From positions 32,001-96,000 of IMG/VR virus record IMGVR_UViG_3300032294_003343: a stretch of 64,000 bases of DNA, one strand, 5' to 3'. Both the position numbers and the translations under genes were made by a program. Position 1 is the stretch's first letter, and each line of letters opens with the position of its first letter. The notes below the pieces were generated by a model, which ran no database searches, was not told where the DNA came from, and saw nothing but the letters and a program-made list of their open reading frames with translations. This DNA is from a virus. Of this stretch, positions 28,327-41,100 are shown in pieces.

Positions 28327-29833
28327 AATTTGATATCAAAAGCGGTTCAAAATTTGCAACAAAGTTATTAGAACTATCTTTCAATGCTGCAGCTCCGCCA
28401 TCCCCACTATAACCAACTCTCACTATGCTGTTAAAATTTATTTTATTGTAAAGAGATAACTTTACATCTGTTGAGAAAGTAATTCCCAATCCTGTTGCTG
28501 ATTTGATAGGAGTAAATTGTCCATCAATTGACACATTGAATGTTTGAATGCCTGTAGCTGGCAACATTGGTCTAGAATTATTTTCTGTAAATTTCAAATA
28601 AATATCTTGCCCGTTTTTATCAATATAACTGTTTGCTGTGTCTAATATTGGGGCAGTTGTATCAGTCAATCTATTTGTAGCTCTTATAGGAGATAATAAA
28701 CTTGCAACCTTATTAGCATTTGAAGTTCTATCAGTTATAAAATTAGAAACTGGCTGGGTGTAATTTACTGTAATGATATCTTCAGGTCCAAAGTAAGAAG
28801 ACATTGTTAAAAGATAAACTGTAGTTGCTACACCACTAAATACCAAGGCAGATGCACCTATACTTGAAATTGTTTTAGCAACATTTGTATATGAGACTCC
28901 AAAACCTGATGGAGACGCTGGAGTTGTGGTAGTGGACATTCTTACATAAACAATATTTCCAGAAACACCAGTACCAGTGTAAGCTTGTGTAATTCTTGGT
29001 AAAAAAGTTGTGCTTGTAAGATTTGTTACAGCGTTTCCCGCAAAAGAAACCGCATAAGTTAACCCAGTTCCAGTACTGTCTTTAATTTTATAAAAATCTG
29101 ATACTGGCTGTGTGTAAGTTATTGTAACTGGATTAGTCCCGTCATTTACACCTAATCTTGAATTTAGATCAAGAACAATAACTTTACCGTTTGTAGCGCT
29201 AGTTGGATCTAAAACATAGGCATTTGAAATCGCAATACCTGAATTATTCTGACTTACTGCAAACCCACTGATATTAGTAGATGGAAGAAGGGGTGGAGTA
29301 GCCTCTGTGTAATAAACGTAAACTTTTGTTCCGTCGGTACTTGTGGTTGAATAATTGTAAACAGGAGGATTAGCTTCTTTAGTAAGATTTGTAATCCCTA
29401 CGCCTGTAAATGATGCTACAAATGATTTTTGTGTATCGTTGTCAGATAATTTTGTAACTGTACTGCCAAATCCAGTTGCGTTATAAGAAACGAAAACTGT
29501 TTGAGCAGTTAAGGCTACCCCACTACCATTATACGAAAAATCTACAATTCTATCAGAGTCTGCTAAAATTAATTGTAAAGTCTTGGGTGAGCTAGCATCG
29601 ACGAAGGTAGATGCAGGAGTAACAGTGGTTGCAATTGCTCCAAATCTTTTGGTAACAGAAAATCTTAACTGCAATCCAGTGGCAGGTTCAAGACCAGTGC
29701 TATCTATGTCTTCAAAGTTTAAATAAATTCTCTTTCCATCAAATGAGGTGTATGATAGATTCGTTAAACTTGTAGAGATTCCAGGACTAGCACCACTGAA
29801 AGCTATGAATGTATTTCTTAAATCTTCGCTCAT
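28316..29833 (-). CDS. SwmB-like repeat protein (four Ig-like repeats)
   Basis: Four ~120-aa repeats DG..IYL.F....F.V....V.V.Y.QP....D...N.V.SF. Confidence 0.7.
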   Translation of the reverse strand: MSEDLRNTFIAFSGASPGISTSLTNLSYTSFDGKRIYLNFEDIDSTGLEPATGLQLRFSVTKRFGAIATTVTPASTFVDASSPKTLQLILADSDRIVDFSYNGSGVALTAQTVFVSYNATGFGSTVTKLSDNDTQKSFVASFTGVGITNLTKEANPPVYNYSTTSTDGTKVYVYYTEATPPLLPSTNISGFAVSQNNSGIAISNAYVLDPTSATNGKVIVLDLNSRLGVNDGTNPVTITYTQPVSDFYKIKDSTGTGLTYAVSFAGNAVTNLTSTTFLPRITQAYTGTGVSGNIVYVRMSTTTTPASPSGFGVSYTNVAKTISSIGASALVFSGVATTVYLLTMSSYFGPEDIITVNYTQPVSNFITDRTSNANKVASLLSPIRATNRLTDTTAPILDTANSYIDKNGQDIYLKFTENNSRPMLPATGIQTFNVSIDGQFTPIKSATGLGITFSTDVKLSLYNKINFNSIVRVGYSGDGGAAALKDSSNNFVANFEPLLISNYGV

Positions 29834-32802
29834 TATGGTTTGATGTTTCCGTAGTGTCCGCTCAAGAACAATTTGCCCTTATAACTTATTGCTGTCAATG
29901 GTCTTATAACACCGTACAAAGTGTAATTACCAGCATTATCAAATACTTTTTTTCTTTCAAAAGTAATATCTTCCAAGAACCAACTTTCTGCATTTGAGTT
30001 GTAATAGAAAATCTTACTTTGTCTATCACTTGGATTTTCAGAAATTTTGTCGCTTATAAATCCATCAGTAGCACAATATAATGTTCCATCGTGATAAGTG
30101 AATAACCTGACTCCACCTGTAGAAGGAAGTACTACAGATTGATTAAAATCAATTACCTTAGCGTTTGTAGGTTCATATGTTTCGCCAATTATAAAAGACA
30201 CATCTGAATATCCGACCAAGGAATCACCAGCATCATTGTTCAGCTTTCCAAATTGGATAAATGGGTGATCGTAGTCGTAAGAATTGGCAGTGGCATCTAA
30301 ATATTTTGGACTATATGTATCTAAAGATATAAAATTTTTCTTTTCAATAAATGGATTCTTTTGTTGACCAAGGTAAATCTTAATATCTCTGTCTTCTACA
30401 ATCCATCTAATTTTTGAGAGCTTGTTATTTATATCGAAAACATCTTCATTTGATTGAATTTGTATTAGGTCAATTACAATCTCGTTAGGTCTATCATTAT
30501 TTTCTGGCAAGTCTGCGAATTCTATTTGAAGTTTTCCAATAGTGCCTTTCCAAATAGGAGAGATTTTATATTGTATGTATTCATCAGATGTGTGCATTGC
30601 TGTTTCTGCACTAATGTTGAAAATACCACCTTCGTATGCCCAATAAGCTTTAATCTTGCCTAAACACAATGTTTTTGATTTAGGTTTTGCTTTGATCCTA
30701 ATTGAAATTACAGATTTTAAATCTACTTCTAAACTTAAGTTATCAATCACAATACAAGGATTACCAGTTAATGCAGGGGTGATTTTCAAGACATATTTAT
30801 CATATGGATCATTGAAAATATCATAGTTGGTTTCTGTTGTTGCTGTTAAATCTGAAACAAATTTTCCAATGACCCAAGATTGCTCGTCAGAAGATACAAC
30901 CCCAGCGCTAGAAACAGAATAGAATTGCCAATCTGCTACCAATCCTGTAGTGGTAATAGTTTTTTCTACGGTATTCATTCCACTAGACAATTTCATAGTT
31001 GTGGAATTAAATTCTATTGAATATTGTCCGTAAAGATCAGCAACTTGAAAACCTTGATATCCGGTGAGAGAATTTGTTGGAATTTGCTCTGAGCTATTTA
31101 AAGTTGTTTCATTTCGTAAATCAGTTGATGTTGCAGCTTGGCTAGTATTAAGGTTGATAACCTTAGCTTCAAAAGTATAGCTTGGTTTATAAACAACAAA
31201 ATTACCAGTGGATAAATAATCAGAATAATTTAATAAATATCTGTTGCCAGTATTTATATAGCCAGTTTCTATATAAAATCCTAAAACTGTACTGCCTGAA
31301 ACAATATATTGTGTAATGTTTACCAATGAAGGTGTGTTGTTTACACCATTATATACATAAATACCATTGTATATTCCATTAGTTCCAGATACTGTTTGGT
31401 CTTTTAGTAAAAATAAATCATTTATTATAAGATCGTGTCCATCTAAAGAAGTGAAGTTGTTCCAGCTTGAAACAGATTTCCAAGACGCACACTTCACATC
31501 AATATAGTTTTGACTTGGTAAATTTTCACGTAAAAGTTGTTCCCAATCGGATCCTTCGGAAATTTCATATAATCTAGAACCATAAGCAGTGGCACCAGTT
31601 GAAGAAACTGTATTTCCTTTGATTACTAAAAATTCATTATATTGTTGATGATTATTTTCTTTAGGAAATCTTGCAATTGCCACATTGTCATCATTTCTTG
31701 ACAAAGTATTGCTATCATAAGAATAAAATTGTGCTGGAGCAGGATCATTCATGAAAATTTCATCAAAAATCATTTTAGTCCAGCTTTCATCAGTTTCTGG
31801 ATTTGATAATGGAATTTCCGAATAAGACCAAACTTCTGGCTTTTTATCAATGCCAGCAAGAACTTGATTCTTTCCTACTGCTAAACATCTAACACCAAAA
31901 TCTGAAGCTTCATAGTCAGTAATATTATTCGAAATAATTGTTGATGTCTCTAAAGATTCAGTTTCAGTTTCTTTGACTATTACTTCTTCTGTAATTAAGT
32001 TTGTTGGTTCTGATAATGAAACTGTAAGTGTTCTAGAATATCTATGTATTTTTTTGTCAAAACATCCCAAAAATAATTTATTATAAGCTGATACCATTGA
32101 AAGAATGCCACCAGAAACTGCAGCTAATTCTCCAAACGGATACACTTGTTCCCATTGACTACCACTATATGCAGTGCTCAACTTTGCTCTAAACAATCTT
32201 GGTAATTGATCAGAGGCAACATACAAATAAGGTTCAGTTTCATGCTCAAATTTGTGTGAAATCATCGTAGAAGCAGATAGATCTACACTGTTTTCCTGCA
32301 AAATAAAAACTGGACCGCTAATGTATTCACCATTGTAGAACCAAATCTTTCCAGAAACACCAGATAAATAAATTCCATCATCAGCAGCAACCATTGAAGT
32401 GATTGCTCTTTCACCCTGGTTTGAAAAATCAATTATCTTTTCAAATGACACAAGATTAGCTGTATGGATTGATGCATAATATTTTTCTAAAACTACATTG
32501 ATAGTTGAAGCAGTGATTGGAGTTTCAAAGATTAGATAGTTTTTGTAATCGTCTACACCATAATTTACTGATGAGTTAACTGTAAGTTCATCTTGTGAAT
32601 TAACTTTATAGACTCTTCCCAAATCATCAGAATTGGTGCCTACAAGTTTATAAGCAGTTCCAGCAGTGTATGCAGGATCTAAACTGTCCACCAAAGATAT
32701 GTTAGTAAATCTTTTCTTTGTGATACCAGAAAAGTATAATATTTTTTCGCTATCGTTAGGACCTTTCCAAGAACAACTAGCTGTAAAAATTGTTGGCACC
32801 AT
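29833..32802 (-). CDS. Modular tail-associated beta-propeller protein (989 aa)
   Basis: Interrupted propeller blades, degenerate tail-fiber repeat ([12 protein letters not shown]), carbohydrate-binding-like sandwich ([12 protein letters not shown]). Confidence 0.7.
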   Translation of the reverse strand: MVPTIFTASCSWKGPNDSEKILYFSGITKKRFTNISLVDSLDPAYTAGTAYKLVGTNSDDLGRVYKVNSQDELTVNSSVNYGVDDYKNYLIFETPITASTINVVLEKYYASIHTANLVSFEKIIDFSNQGERAITSMVAADDGIYLSGVSGKIWFYNGEYISGPVFILQENSVDLSASTMISHKFEHETEPYLYVASDQLPRLFRAKLSTAYSGSQWEQVYPFGELAAVSGGILSMVSAYNKLFLGCFDKKIHRYSRTLTVSLSEPTNLITEEVIVKETETESLETSTIISNNITDYEASDFGVRCLAVGKNQVLAGIDKKPEVWSYSEIPLSNPETDESWTKMIFDEIFMNDPAPAQFYSYDSNTLSRNDDNVAIARFPKENNHQQYNEFLVIKGNTVSSTGATAYGSRLYEISEGSDWEQLLRENLPSQNYIDVKCASWKSVSSWNNFTSLDGHDLIINDLFLLKDQTVSGTNGIYNGIYVYNGVNNTPSLVNITQYIVSGSTVLGFYIETGYINTGNRYLLNYSDYLSTGNFVVYKPSYTFEAKVINLNTSQAATSTDLRNETTLNSSEQIPTNSLTGYQGFQVADLYGQYSIEFNSTTMKLSSGMNTVEKTITTTGLVADWQFYSVSSAGVVSSDEQSWVIGKFVSDLTATTETNYDIFNDPYDKYVLKITPALTGNPCIVIDNLSLEVDLKSVISIRIKAKPKSKTLCLGKIKAYWAYEGGIFNISAETAMHTSDEYIQYKISPIWKGTIGKLQIEFADLPENNDRPNEIVIDLIQIQSNEDVFDINNKLSKIRWIVEDRDIKIYLGQQKNPFIEKKNFISLDTYSPKYLDATANSYDYDHPFIQFGKLNNDAGDSLVGYSDVSFIIGETYEPTNAKVIDFNQSVVLPSTGGVRLFTYHDGTLYCATDGFISDKISENPSDRQSKIFYYNSNAESWFLEDITFERKKVFDNAGNYTLYGVIRPLTAISYKGKLFLSGHYGNIKP

Positions 32803-35800
32803 TATACTTTTGGTCTCCTAATTGCATTCCACTTAACTTCAGGTTGTGTAATATTATTTCCAAAGTCTCTGAACTTAATTTCAACTTTCTTAACTCCATC
32901 ACTTTCGCCTGTAAAATCAACCTTTACATATGGAGAATAAGGTATCCACTCTGACCAAGCGCCATTTCCAGAGTCTAACAATCTTCTAATTTGGAAATCT
33001 TTGATACCAGTGACTAAGTCAAAACCATCAATTTTCATCCAAGATTCTGGCAAATTAGATATTGAAGTTTCTTGATTAGTTTTGGGATTAAAGAAACTAA
33101 CTGTGCCAAATGGCTCCTGTGTATCTACTAAAGCTTGTGAAGTAGCAACAAAGCTAATTGGATTTGATTCAGACACATTACCCATATAGTCCATTAATTG
33201 AACCCAGATTTTTCTTTGTCCTGAAAAACCAATATTTTGATTTTGGAATGCTGTGTTTTGTGGTCCTAAAGCATAATAATTCAAATGACCATACAGATAT
33301 AAATAATATTCATTCTCACCGCTAACTATAAACTTATCCCAAGGAAGCCAAGGCGTGTAATTTATGAAAGAATTATCTATCTCTTTACCAACTCTAAATG
33401 CAAGAATTCCTGACTCATTGTCTTCGGCTTGTATAGATAATTGAACCATTCTCAAGGTTGATTCATTCGCAACCAAAATGTTTGGCACATCTCCAAGATA
33501 TGAAGGTGCATTGATATCTATCTTTGATGCACTGCTTAATTTAGTGGGGTAGCTTGAAATATTTCCATGAGAAATAGCTCTAACTCTGTATTGAATTGCA
33601 TTGTTTTGAGTAGAATTTGCTGCTTTTTCCTCGTATTTAGTATGAAGTTTGTGCCAAAGGTTATTTGCTCTTCTGTATCCTGTAAATTCACCGTTTTGGA
33701 TATAATCCACATCAGAAAGTTCTATACCGTTTGCTCTTCCAAGCGCAGAATTGAATGGTACTGTAATTGCCACCCAAATTACATCAGATTGAGAAATATT
33801 GTTATTCCAATCTGAATCATCTAATTTCACTTGAACTAAATTATTGTTTGGACTGTTAGTAAAACCAGCTACAAATGGATTGTAAGATACAGATTTCCAA
33901 GATGTCAATGGATTACTATAATCTGGCAAAGAACCAATATTGCCAAAGAATCTTATTTTCAATTCATCCATAGGGAAAGATTTATTATTAGCATTCCAAT
34001 GCAATTTGAATTCGAATAGTTTTGGCTTAGTTGAAGATACAAAGTTTGAAATTTCACCAATAGTAATCGATTTGAAGAAAGTTGTGCTTACAAATCTATC
34101 AACTAAATTACCATTAAATGTTACATTTGATTTGTACCAATTTGTATTAGCATTAATTGTTCCACTAATAACTCTCAAAGGCACATCATAACCTGTGGAA
34201 GTGATAGCAAAACCAGAAACAGATTTTATATAAACGCCATTTTCAGAGTTCTCTATTTGATCTTTAACAAGAATTTTACTTCCAACTGCCAAAGAAGATA
34301 ATGAAGTTCCATCTATAGTAAGAGATGTTATGTTAGCAATAGATATGTTTGTTCCAGTAGTTGCTAATGAAATTTGCTCCACTACAGGCTGTGTTGCTGC
34401 AAATGATAAATTTGAAGTTCCAAGTGTAATAGGATCTGGTGTTGTTAAGTACCATTTTGTACTTGCATAATCATAATCCATCGGAATTCTTACTACCATG
34501 CCTGAATAAATTTCTTCACTTGAGTTCATTTCAGGAACTCTTTCTAATCTCCAGGCAGTTGAAGCTGTTCCAACTCTCGTCTGATAGTAAACACCATTTT
34601 GTGATGTTGTTGCCTGGCCAGCTACAAAAATATAATCTGTAGTAGAAGTAATAAAACTTCCATTTAAGAGTAATGTACCCGCAGTTCCAGCAGTTAATCT
34701 ATTTGAAGAGTAAGTTGGAGAATTTGGTAATGGGGTAAAGCTATATTGCTGTGCATCTAAAGTTAATTTTGGTAAAGTATTAGCTGTATCGTATTGGTAA
34801 TCAATTAAGTCAGTCAAACCACTTAGTAATTTTTGACCTAAATAGTGTTTGGAGTTAGTCAAGCCTTCATCTGATAAAAGAGTTGATTTGATTGTGCTGT
34901 CATTATCAAATTGTTCTTTATAAACGTTAGGAATTCCAGACCATTTCAAATCTTGGAAATAAGTTGAGCCATCACTGTTATATGAGCTTTTTCTAACGCC
35001 AAAACCAACAAAGTATCCTAATCCAGAAGTGTTAGAATTAATGGGTAAAAGCATATCAGTTACTCCTACAACATTGATTCCACTTCCGGTAATTTCTTTG
35101 ACTAGTAAAAATGTTCCAGTGGATGTTTTATTCTTGTATCTACCTGTGTAAGAATTTGGTAGTTGATCTGTTATTTCAAATAAAAATTTAGTTACATCTG
35201 TTTGAGGTTGATAAGATCTCAAAACTTGTCTTCTTAATTTATTATCTTCAGTTCTATAAGAAACAGAAATTTCATTCTTTTCACCACTGAACTTTACTAA
35301 GATAGTCGGAGCATTGAGTGGAGCATCGGAATAAGCGAAACCATCATCACATCTTACTCCAAAAGGTCTATCCCAGTTTACAGTAAGATTATTTTGTGTA
35401 TGAGATCTGAATGAAGATACTGAACTAAAAGCAACATATACGTCATCAGATCCATGTTTGAAAGCTAACTCGAATCTACATCTATTGCTTAATGATGGTT
35501 TATATAATTGTAGTTCGTAATGTAAAGGAATGACGTATGAATTTGAACTATCTAATTTATCTATTTCATAAAGTTCAGATGTGATATTTGTTGTGAAAGA
35601 TAAAGCTGAAGGAGCATCTGTAAGGACAATAAAATCTTCATTTACAGAATCGCTCCAGCCATATTCAATTTCTGTTAGTGGAGAATTAATTATGGCTATG
35701 TCATCATTGGTGCAATCACCAATATCAATTGAAAGTTTAGATTTTCCTTGAGCTAGGAATAACTCTTCGACTACTAAACCACCAGAAAAAGTTGTTCCTG

Positions 35801-37154
35801 TAGCTTGTGATATTTGATAACCAAAAGCACTTCCTACAGATGAACTGCCAAAAGAAGTAAGTATTGCATTGCCTAATAAATAACTTTTTCTTGATGCTAC
35901 AGATTGATCTATATATGGTGTGTAATAAGCTTCTACCATACATAAATTAGTAGTACCCATAGATGAGTAATACATTTCCATAACACCACCAGATTGAAGC
36001 AACGGTAAAATACTATGAGGTAATGTAGTAGTTTGCTTGCTTGCACTATCAGATCCATTAATTCTTGTGTAGAGATATGCTGTTGGATTGTCGTTATTAG
36101 GTATATCAACTCTACAAACAATTTCATTACCATTTGCACTAGTGTCTGGAGCAGCATAAAGTTTCATGAATGCTTGCGAAGTCACAGCAACACCAGAGGT
36201 TGTGAAAGAGAAACCTGCTTGTGAATAAAAGTCAGTCTTATTTGTAGATGGTACTAATTTTGTTCTGCTGTAGAAAAATGCACCTTTACCATAACTAGCA
36301 CTTGTAAGACCAATATTTGCGCCTAATGAAAGCGATGAAGAAGAATAATTACCATCAAAATATCTGTAAGTGTTTAGTGTTGTAGATGCTATAGATGCTG
36401 ATGGTATAAGTGTTCTCTTTACACTATTACGGGCAGAATAAGCATCATATGTTCCGCCAGTGTTTGAAATTTCGTAAACACTTGCTATATATCTACCAAT
36501 TCCTGAAGATTCTGTTTGAGCTGCAACTTGATTTCCACTAACAAATGACAGAAGGGTATTTTTTCCTACAAACCCAGACTTTGCACTTGGAATCTCTGGA
36601 AAATCAGGATTTACTGGAATTTGACCTTCCCATCTAATTTGGTCAAATATACCATAACCCATTGGATACTCAATATCGGTACCATTAGGCCCTTCAAGAA
36701 TGGCCTTCATATAAACAGTTGAGAGACCACCTGATGCACTCAAAGGCCAATTATAAACCTTAAATAATCCAGTTCCTGCTATTGGAGTTGCCATAGTCCC
36801 TTGATTAAGAGTATTGTCAAAGAAATATAATGGATTTAAAGTATATTCATAATCAAAATCTGGGTCATAAACATAAGAACTTGAAGGCCAGTTTGATATA
36901 GCTACTGTTGCTGTAGGTTCAAATTCTGGGTCGTTTGAAAGATATAGAGTTTTGATTCTTCTTAAATAAGTAAGCTCACGAGTGCCACTATCTCTTACTT
37001 CAAAACTAAAAGTAAGAGTATTTTGATTATCGTCAAGGGTTGGATCTTTAGAATATGAATTACTTGAATATGGTTGTCCCAGATTTATAAATTCAGATTG
37101 AAGATATCCACTTGTAAGATTATTGGGTAAAATTATTGAAACGTTATATGGCAC
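32802..37154 (-). CDS. Modular tail fiber-like protein (1450 aa)
   Basis: GTG start; two tail-fiber repeats (QNGVY, KDQ..SENGVY); Ig-like modules ending G.KKV..KFRD.GN. Confidence 0.75.
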   Translation of the reverse strand: MPYNVSIILPNNLTSGYLQSEFINLGQPYSSNSYSKDPTLDDNQNTLTFSFEVRDSGTRELTYLRRIKTLYLSNDPEFEPTATVAISNWPSSSYVYDPDFDYEYTLNPLYFFDNTLNQGTMATPIAGTGLFKVYNWPLSASGGLSTVYMKAILEGPNGTDIEYPMGYGIFDQIRWEGQIPVNPDFPEIPSAKSGFVGKNTLLSFVSGNQVAAQTESSGIGRYIASVYEISNTGGTYDAYSARNSVKRTLIPSASIASTTLNTYRYFDGNYSSSSLSLGANIGLTSASYGKGAFFYSRTKLVPSTNKTDFYSQAGFSFTTSGVAVTSQAFMKLYAAPDTSANGNEIVCRVDIPNNDNPTAYLYTRINGSDSASKQTTTLPHSILPLLQSGGVMEMYYSSMGTTNLCMVEAYYTPYIDQSVASRKSYLLGNAILTSFGSSSVGSAFGYQISQATGTTFSGGLVVEELFLAQGKSKLSIDIGDCTNDDIAIINSPLTEIEYGWSDSVNEDFIVLTDAPSALSFTTNITSELYEIDKLDSSNSYVIPLHYELQLYKPSLSNRCRFELAFKHGSDDVYVAFSSVSSFRSHTQNNLTVNWDRPFGVRCDDGFAYSDAPLNAPTILVKFSGEKNEISVSYRTEDNKLRRQVLRSYQPQTDVTKFLFEITDQLPNSYTGRYKNKTSTGTFLLVKEITGSGINVVGVTDMLLPINSNTSGLGYFVGFGVRKSSYNSDGSTYFQDLKWSGIPNVYKEQFDNDSTIKSTLLSDEGLTNSKHYLGQKLLSGLTDLIDYQYDTANTLPKLTLDAQQYSFTPLPNSPTYSSNRLTAGTAGTLLLNGSFITSTTDYIFVAGQATTSQNGVYYQTRVGTASTAWRLERVPEMNSSEEIYSGMVVRIPMDYDYASTKWYLTTPDPITLGTSNLSFAATQPVVEQISLATTGTNISIANITSLTIDGTSLSSLAVGSKILVKDQIENSENGVYIKSVSGFAITSTGYDVPLRVISGTINANTNWYKSNVTFNGNLVDRFVSTTFFKSITIGEISNFVSSTKPKLFEFKLHWNANNKSFPMDELKIRFFGNIGSLPDYSNPLTSWKSVSYNPFVAGFTNSPNNNLVQVKLDDSDWNNNISQSDVIWVAITVPFNSALGRANGIELSDVDYIQNGEFTGYRRANNLWHKLHTKYEEKAANSTQNNAIQYRVRAISHGNISSYPTKLSSASKIDINAPSYLGDVPNILVANESTLRMVQLSIQAEDNESGILAFRVGKEIDNSFINYTPWLPWDKFIVSGENEYYLYLYGHLNYYALGPQNTAFQNQNIGFSGQRKIWVQLMDYMGNVSESNPISFVATSQALVDTQEPFGTVSFFNPKTNQETSISNLPESWMKIDGFDLVTGIKDFQIRRLLDSGNGAWSEWIPYSPYVKVDFTGESDGVKKVEIKFRDFGNNITQPEVKWNAIRRPKV

Positions 37155-37187
37155 TTGTAACCACCGCTAAACAGGGAATATTAAAAT

Positions 37188-37213
37188 ATTCTTTGCCAGC
37201 CGATGTAGCCCCT
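37188..37213 (-). promoter_or_regulatory. Putative promoter AGG-N19-GAAT
   Basis: Minus strand tAGGggctacatcggctggcaaaGAATatttt. Confidence 0.55.
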
Positions 37214-38177
37214 ATAAAAGTTGAAAATCAAACTGGAAAGGTATTGATTTTTGTACAGTTAATGGGCAATGCACATCAAAGTACATAAATCCATCTACAA
37301 AATCAATATTGTTATATCTACCTTGTTTATAGAAAGTATATGAAGCTGAATAAACAGATATATCATTAGTTGTGTCAGCAGAAACAAAATACATATCAAC
37401 ATACACTGGTGCTTTGACTGTATCTAAACCGTTTGGTAAATAAACCTTGAGTTGTAAATTAGGTGAAAGATCTCCAGCAGACAATGTGTTTTCAATTATT
37501 GTATTGCAAATTATCTTGAAATAAATTGTTTTAGAAATTGGTCCATTGCCATTATTGTAATATTCAACATCATCTGTAGATGAATTTGAGTTTATTAATG
37601 CTGGAACAGTGGAAATTACAGGGTTTCCTTGCCTTACTGGTCTTGGAATAGATAATGAAGAATCATCATAACTTCCAATTGAAAATTCAGGCATTTTGCT
37701 AGTATCATCTATGATGAAAGGATTAGTAGCGTTAAACGCCTTAAAGTTTTGTGCACTAAAACTCTTTGCAAAAAAGTTCAATTCAGAAATTTTAACACCA
37801 TTTATAGATTTGTCTAAAATGATGATAAGAGTGTCATTAGATTCAAAGCTATATTTTGTATTTTGAAAATTAATTACATAGTCTTTGTCTCCTAATGAAA
37901 AAATTATGTAATTAGGATCAACTTCTACTATAGAATCAAACTTAAACTTGACAGAAACAAATTGAACATAAGAAATTATTTTTTCAAAACTTATTTCACA
38001 AAAGTTTTCTGATATAGTCAAATTTGCAACAGTTTGTTTCTTAAGCAACAATCTAATATTGTTATCACTTTGACTAATAAGGTAATTTTTATCATAAGAT
38101 GTGAACTCAAATGATAAAATATTTTCATCATCAATGACACTTATGATTGGTTTATTGTTTTCAATTTGTAAATTCAT
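37212..38177 (-). CDS. Hypothetical protein (321 aa) in the structural operon
   Basis: Long ORF tightly packed among tail genes; no recognisable motif. Confidence 0.7.
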   Translation of the reverse strand: MNLQIENNKPIISVIDDENILSFEFTSYDKNYLISQSDNNIRLLLKKQTVANLTISENFCEISFEKIISYVQFVSVKFKFDSIVEVDPNYIIFSLGDKDYVINFQNTKYSFESNDTLIIILDKSINGVKISELNFFAKSFSAQNFKAFNATNPFIIDDTSKMPEFSIGSYDDSSLSIPRPVRQGNPVISTVPALINSNSSTDDVEYYNNGNGPISKTIYFKIICNTIIENTLSAGDLSPNLQLKVYLPNGLDTVKAPVYVDMYFVSADTTNDISVYSASYTFYKQGRYNNIDFVDGFMYFDVHCPLTVQKSIPFQFDFQLL

Positions 38178-38180
38178 AAT

Positions 38181-41100
38181 TTATTCCGATACTAAAATAT
38201 TGTCATTGGAAATAATACGCATACCTTTAGGATGAAATAGCTCATTGTTATCTCCCCAAGTTGACAATATTGTTCCAGAATTATTGACTAAATGTAATCT
38301 TGAGTTTGCACCAAAATTTATTACATCATCAGTCAAAGCGTAGAAATTAGAATAATCTGTTGCTGGACCTGGGAGAGCTTTAACTACATCATTATTAAAT
38401 GTCAGCTTTGTTTCTATATATCCATTTGAAATATTGTAAACTTGTAATTTTCCAGTGTCATTGATATCTAAAGCTGGACTACCTAGAAGAACATTACCAT
38501 TAGGAAGTAAATATGCTGACCCAAGCTTGTTATCATAGTAATTTACGATATCAGATGTAATTGCCCATTTCAAAGTTAGGTCTGTATTGTCAGAATAACA
38601 GAGAACAGAATTTGAATGTGGTTGAGCAATAACAATCAATGAATTTGTTTCATCGTATTGAACTGAAACTGGATTGTAAATATTTGCAAAATAAATTGGC
38701 CCTTGCAACAAATCCAAAATAATATCATTGGTTTGTGAATTTGGTCCATACATTTCAGTTGTTGATACTACACCATCACCATTGTAGTCAGTCACAGAAT
38801 TTACAACAGTAGTAGTTGTAGGTAATCCTGTAGTAACTGTTGATGTTCCTGTGATTGAAGTACTAATTCCAGCTACAAATTGTTCTGTTCTATTTGTAGT
38901 TGAAACTGTTGAGGTTGGAATAATCGCTGACAAGGCTGTATTTGTGTTCAGTGAATTTCCAGAATTAGTAAAGCAACCTCTGTCAAGTCTTACTTTTTTA
39001 GTAAGAGAATTATTGATTGCTGTGTTTAAAGCTATACCTTCAACTGTGTCCTTGATAGTAAATACATATGTTGAAGAAGAATCAAAAATTGGTTCTAGAT
39101 AATCTCCAGATAATCTAGTATCATCTCCTCTAACTGAGATGTTGTCATAAGTGATATAAATTTTTGTCAAATCCACAAAAGATATGTTTTGTGAAAAAGC
39201 GATAAATATTTTTCTTGTATTAGGATTGAATGAAGCAGAAAGAGCCACAAAATCTCTAGATGTAAGTTTAAGTCTGATATTACCCTGAATAACTTTGGTA
39301 AATACTCCATTGATATCAGTCATAATAATTCTATCATTTTTGCTATCACAAATAATGTTTCCACCATTGGGCAAAGATTGATAATCTGTAGGAGTATCTA
39401 AACCATAATTTGTTGATTTTAAGAATATTTGATTAGGAGTAAGATAATTTCTCAAAGTCCCAGCATCAATTCCATCTTCCACAGTCGTTTCAAGAACATT
39501 ACTTGCTGCTGATATCAAGTTATTATTTCTTAAATAAACCCAATTACCCACGTTTGAAGTGTCATAAATTTTGAGATAATTTGTGTCATCTGGATTAGTG
39601 ACTCCATATCCAGCATTTTTATTATAGTAAACATCACTTATCCATCCAAACTTTTGGTTAGTCGTATCAGTAATATTTCTATCATAAGATCTTGTTGTAG
39701 CACTACCAACAGTTGAGTAATTGATTCTTAGATTATTTACAGTCGGTGCTGCACTTTGAAATTCGTTTGAATATAAAGAAAACAAAACATCAAAATATCT
39801 ACCTGTACTTGAGTTTACATTTGGTGTAGCTATAATTACTTCAGTTTCAGATACGGTTTTCAAATTGTAGAATAAATCTGAACTTACATCTGATCTGCTC
39901 TGGACAGTATATTTTGTTCCAGAGGGTACATCAATGTCATATTGAACTTGATTGTATTGAGTATTAATATCTCCAGAATCAAATCTCATTAAGAAATTTG
40001 CATTTTTGTACTTATATATTTCATTCCAAACAAACACTGATGAAGTTTGGTCAATAGCATTTCTTCTTGCCAAAACTAAACTATCGTAGTTTCCTGATGA
40101 ATTAATTTGGGCATCAGTTGGAGTAAGTAGTTCAAATTTTGTTTGCTTCTCAGCATTCCAACCTTGATCTGTCGAAAAATAAAATCCAAAGCCCAGAATA
40201 GATGATTTTAAACTACTATCACCAAAATCAGATAAATTTACTGAGGAATAAGTAGCAGTTGAACCTATAAATCCATATGTAGTATCATCAAAAATCTTTA
40301 CGTTAGTAGCTGGAGTTATGTAGATTGTAGAAGAACCTGTACCCGTATTTGGAGCAAAATCAATCTTTTGATCATATTGTAAATTTGGATCAGTGCTTCC
40401 ATTACCAACTACCAAGAACATATAAATTTTGCCTAATGCTGCTCCTGTTTCTCCCAGACCTGCAGAAAAGCCAAAACCAACTTTAGAATCAAAATCCAAT
40501 GACACTGGTTGATTAAAAAGTGTGTAAGCATACAAACTTGTGTCTACTTTAACTTTGTTAGCTGCATAAGAAGTAGTGAAAACTAAACCAGTATCCCAAG
40601 ATCCAGTTGTGTCAAAAATACTTGAAACTGGTTGTGAAAGAGTAAGGTAATTTAGTGGAGTGTCAATTGTAAAACTACCTGTTGTTGCTGATCCTGCAAT
40701 CTTTATATTGCTGAAGAAAGCATTTGTAGTTGATCCTAAGGAAGACGCTACTGTTTTTGCTTGCAAAAAATCATTTTGTACTACGAATGATTTATCCCCT
40801 ACAAAACTACTCGATGTAACAGATCCACTAATTCCAGATCCTGATGTATTTGGTGCTGTATCATAAATTGTTGCTAAAGTATATTGACTTGGAACTGATG
40901 TAGTCTGAGCAAAATTAGCCGAATTACCAGTTGAAGCGTTTGCAGAAGTGTTTGGAAAAATACCTGGTACATAAGTGAAAGTATTTATTTGCGTTGAATC
41001 AATAAATGTAAATCCAACTCCGCCAGATTTTTTTAACGCAATCAACATCTGAAGTCTATTGGCTATAGAAAGATCTGACATTTTATCGTTAGCGTCATTA

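Noticed and set aside
37155-37211. Relatively GC-rich intergenic stretch with GAATATT-aa-AATATTC dyad as a possible ncRNA
   Set aside because: Too short, the stem is AT-only, and it is largely explained by the promoter motif
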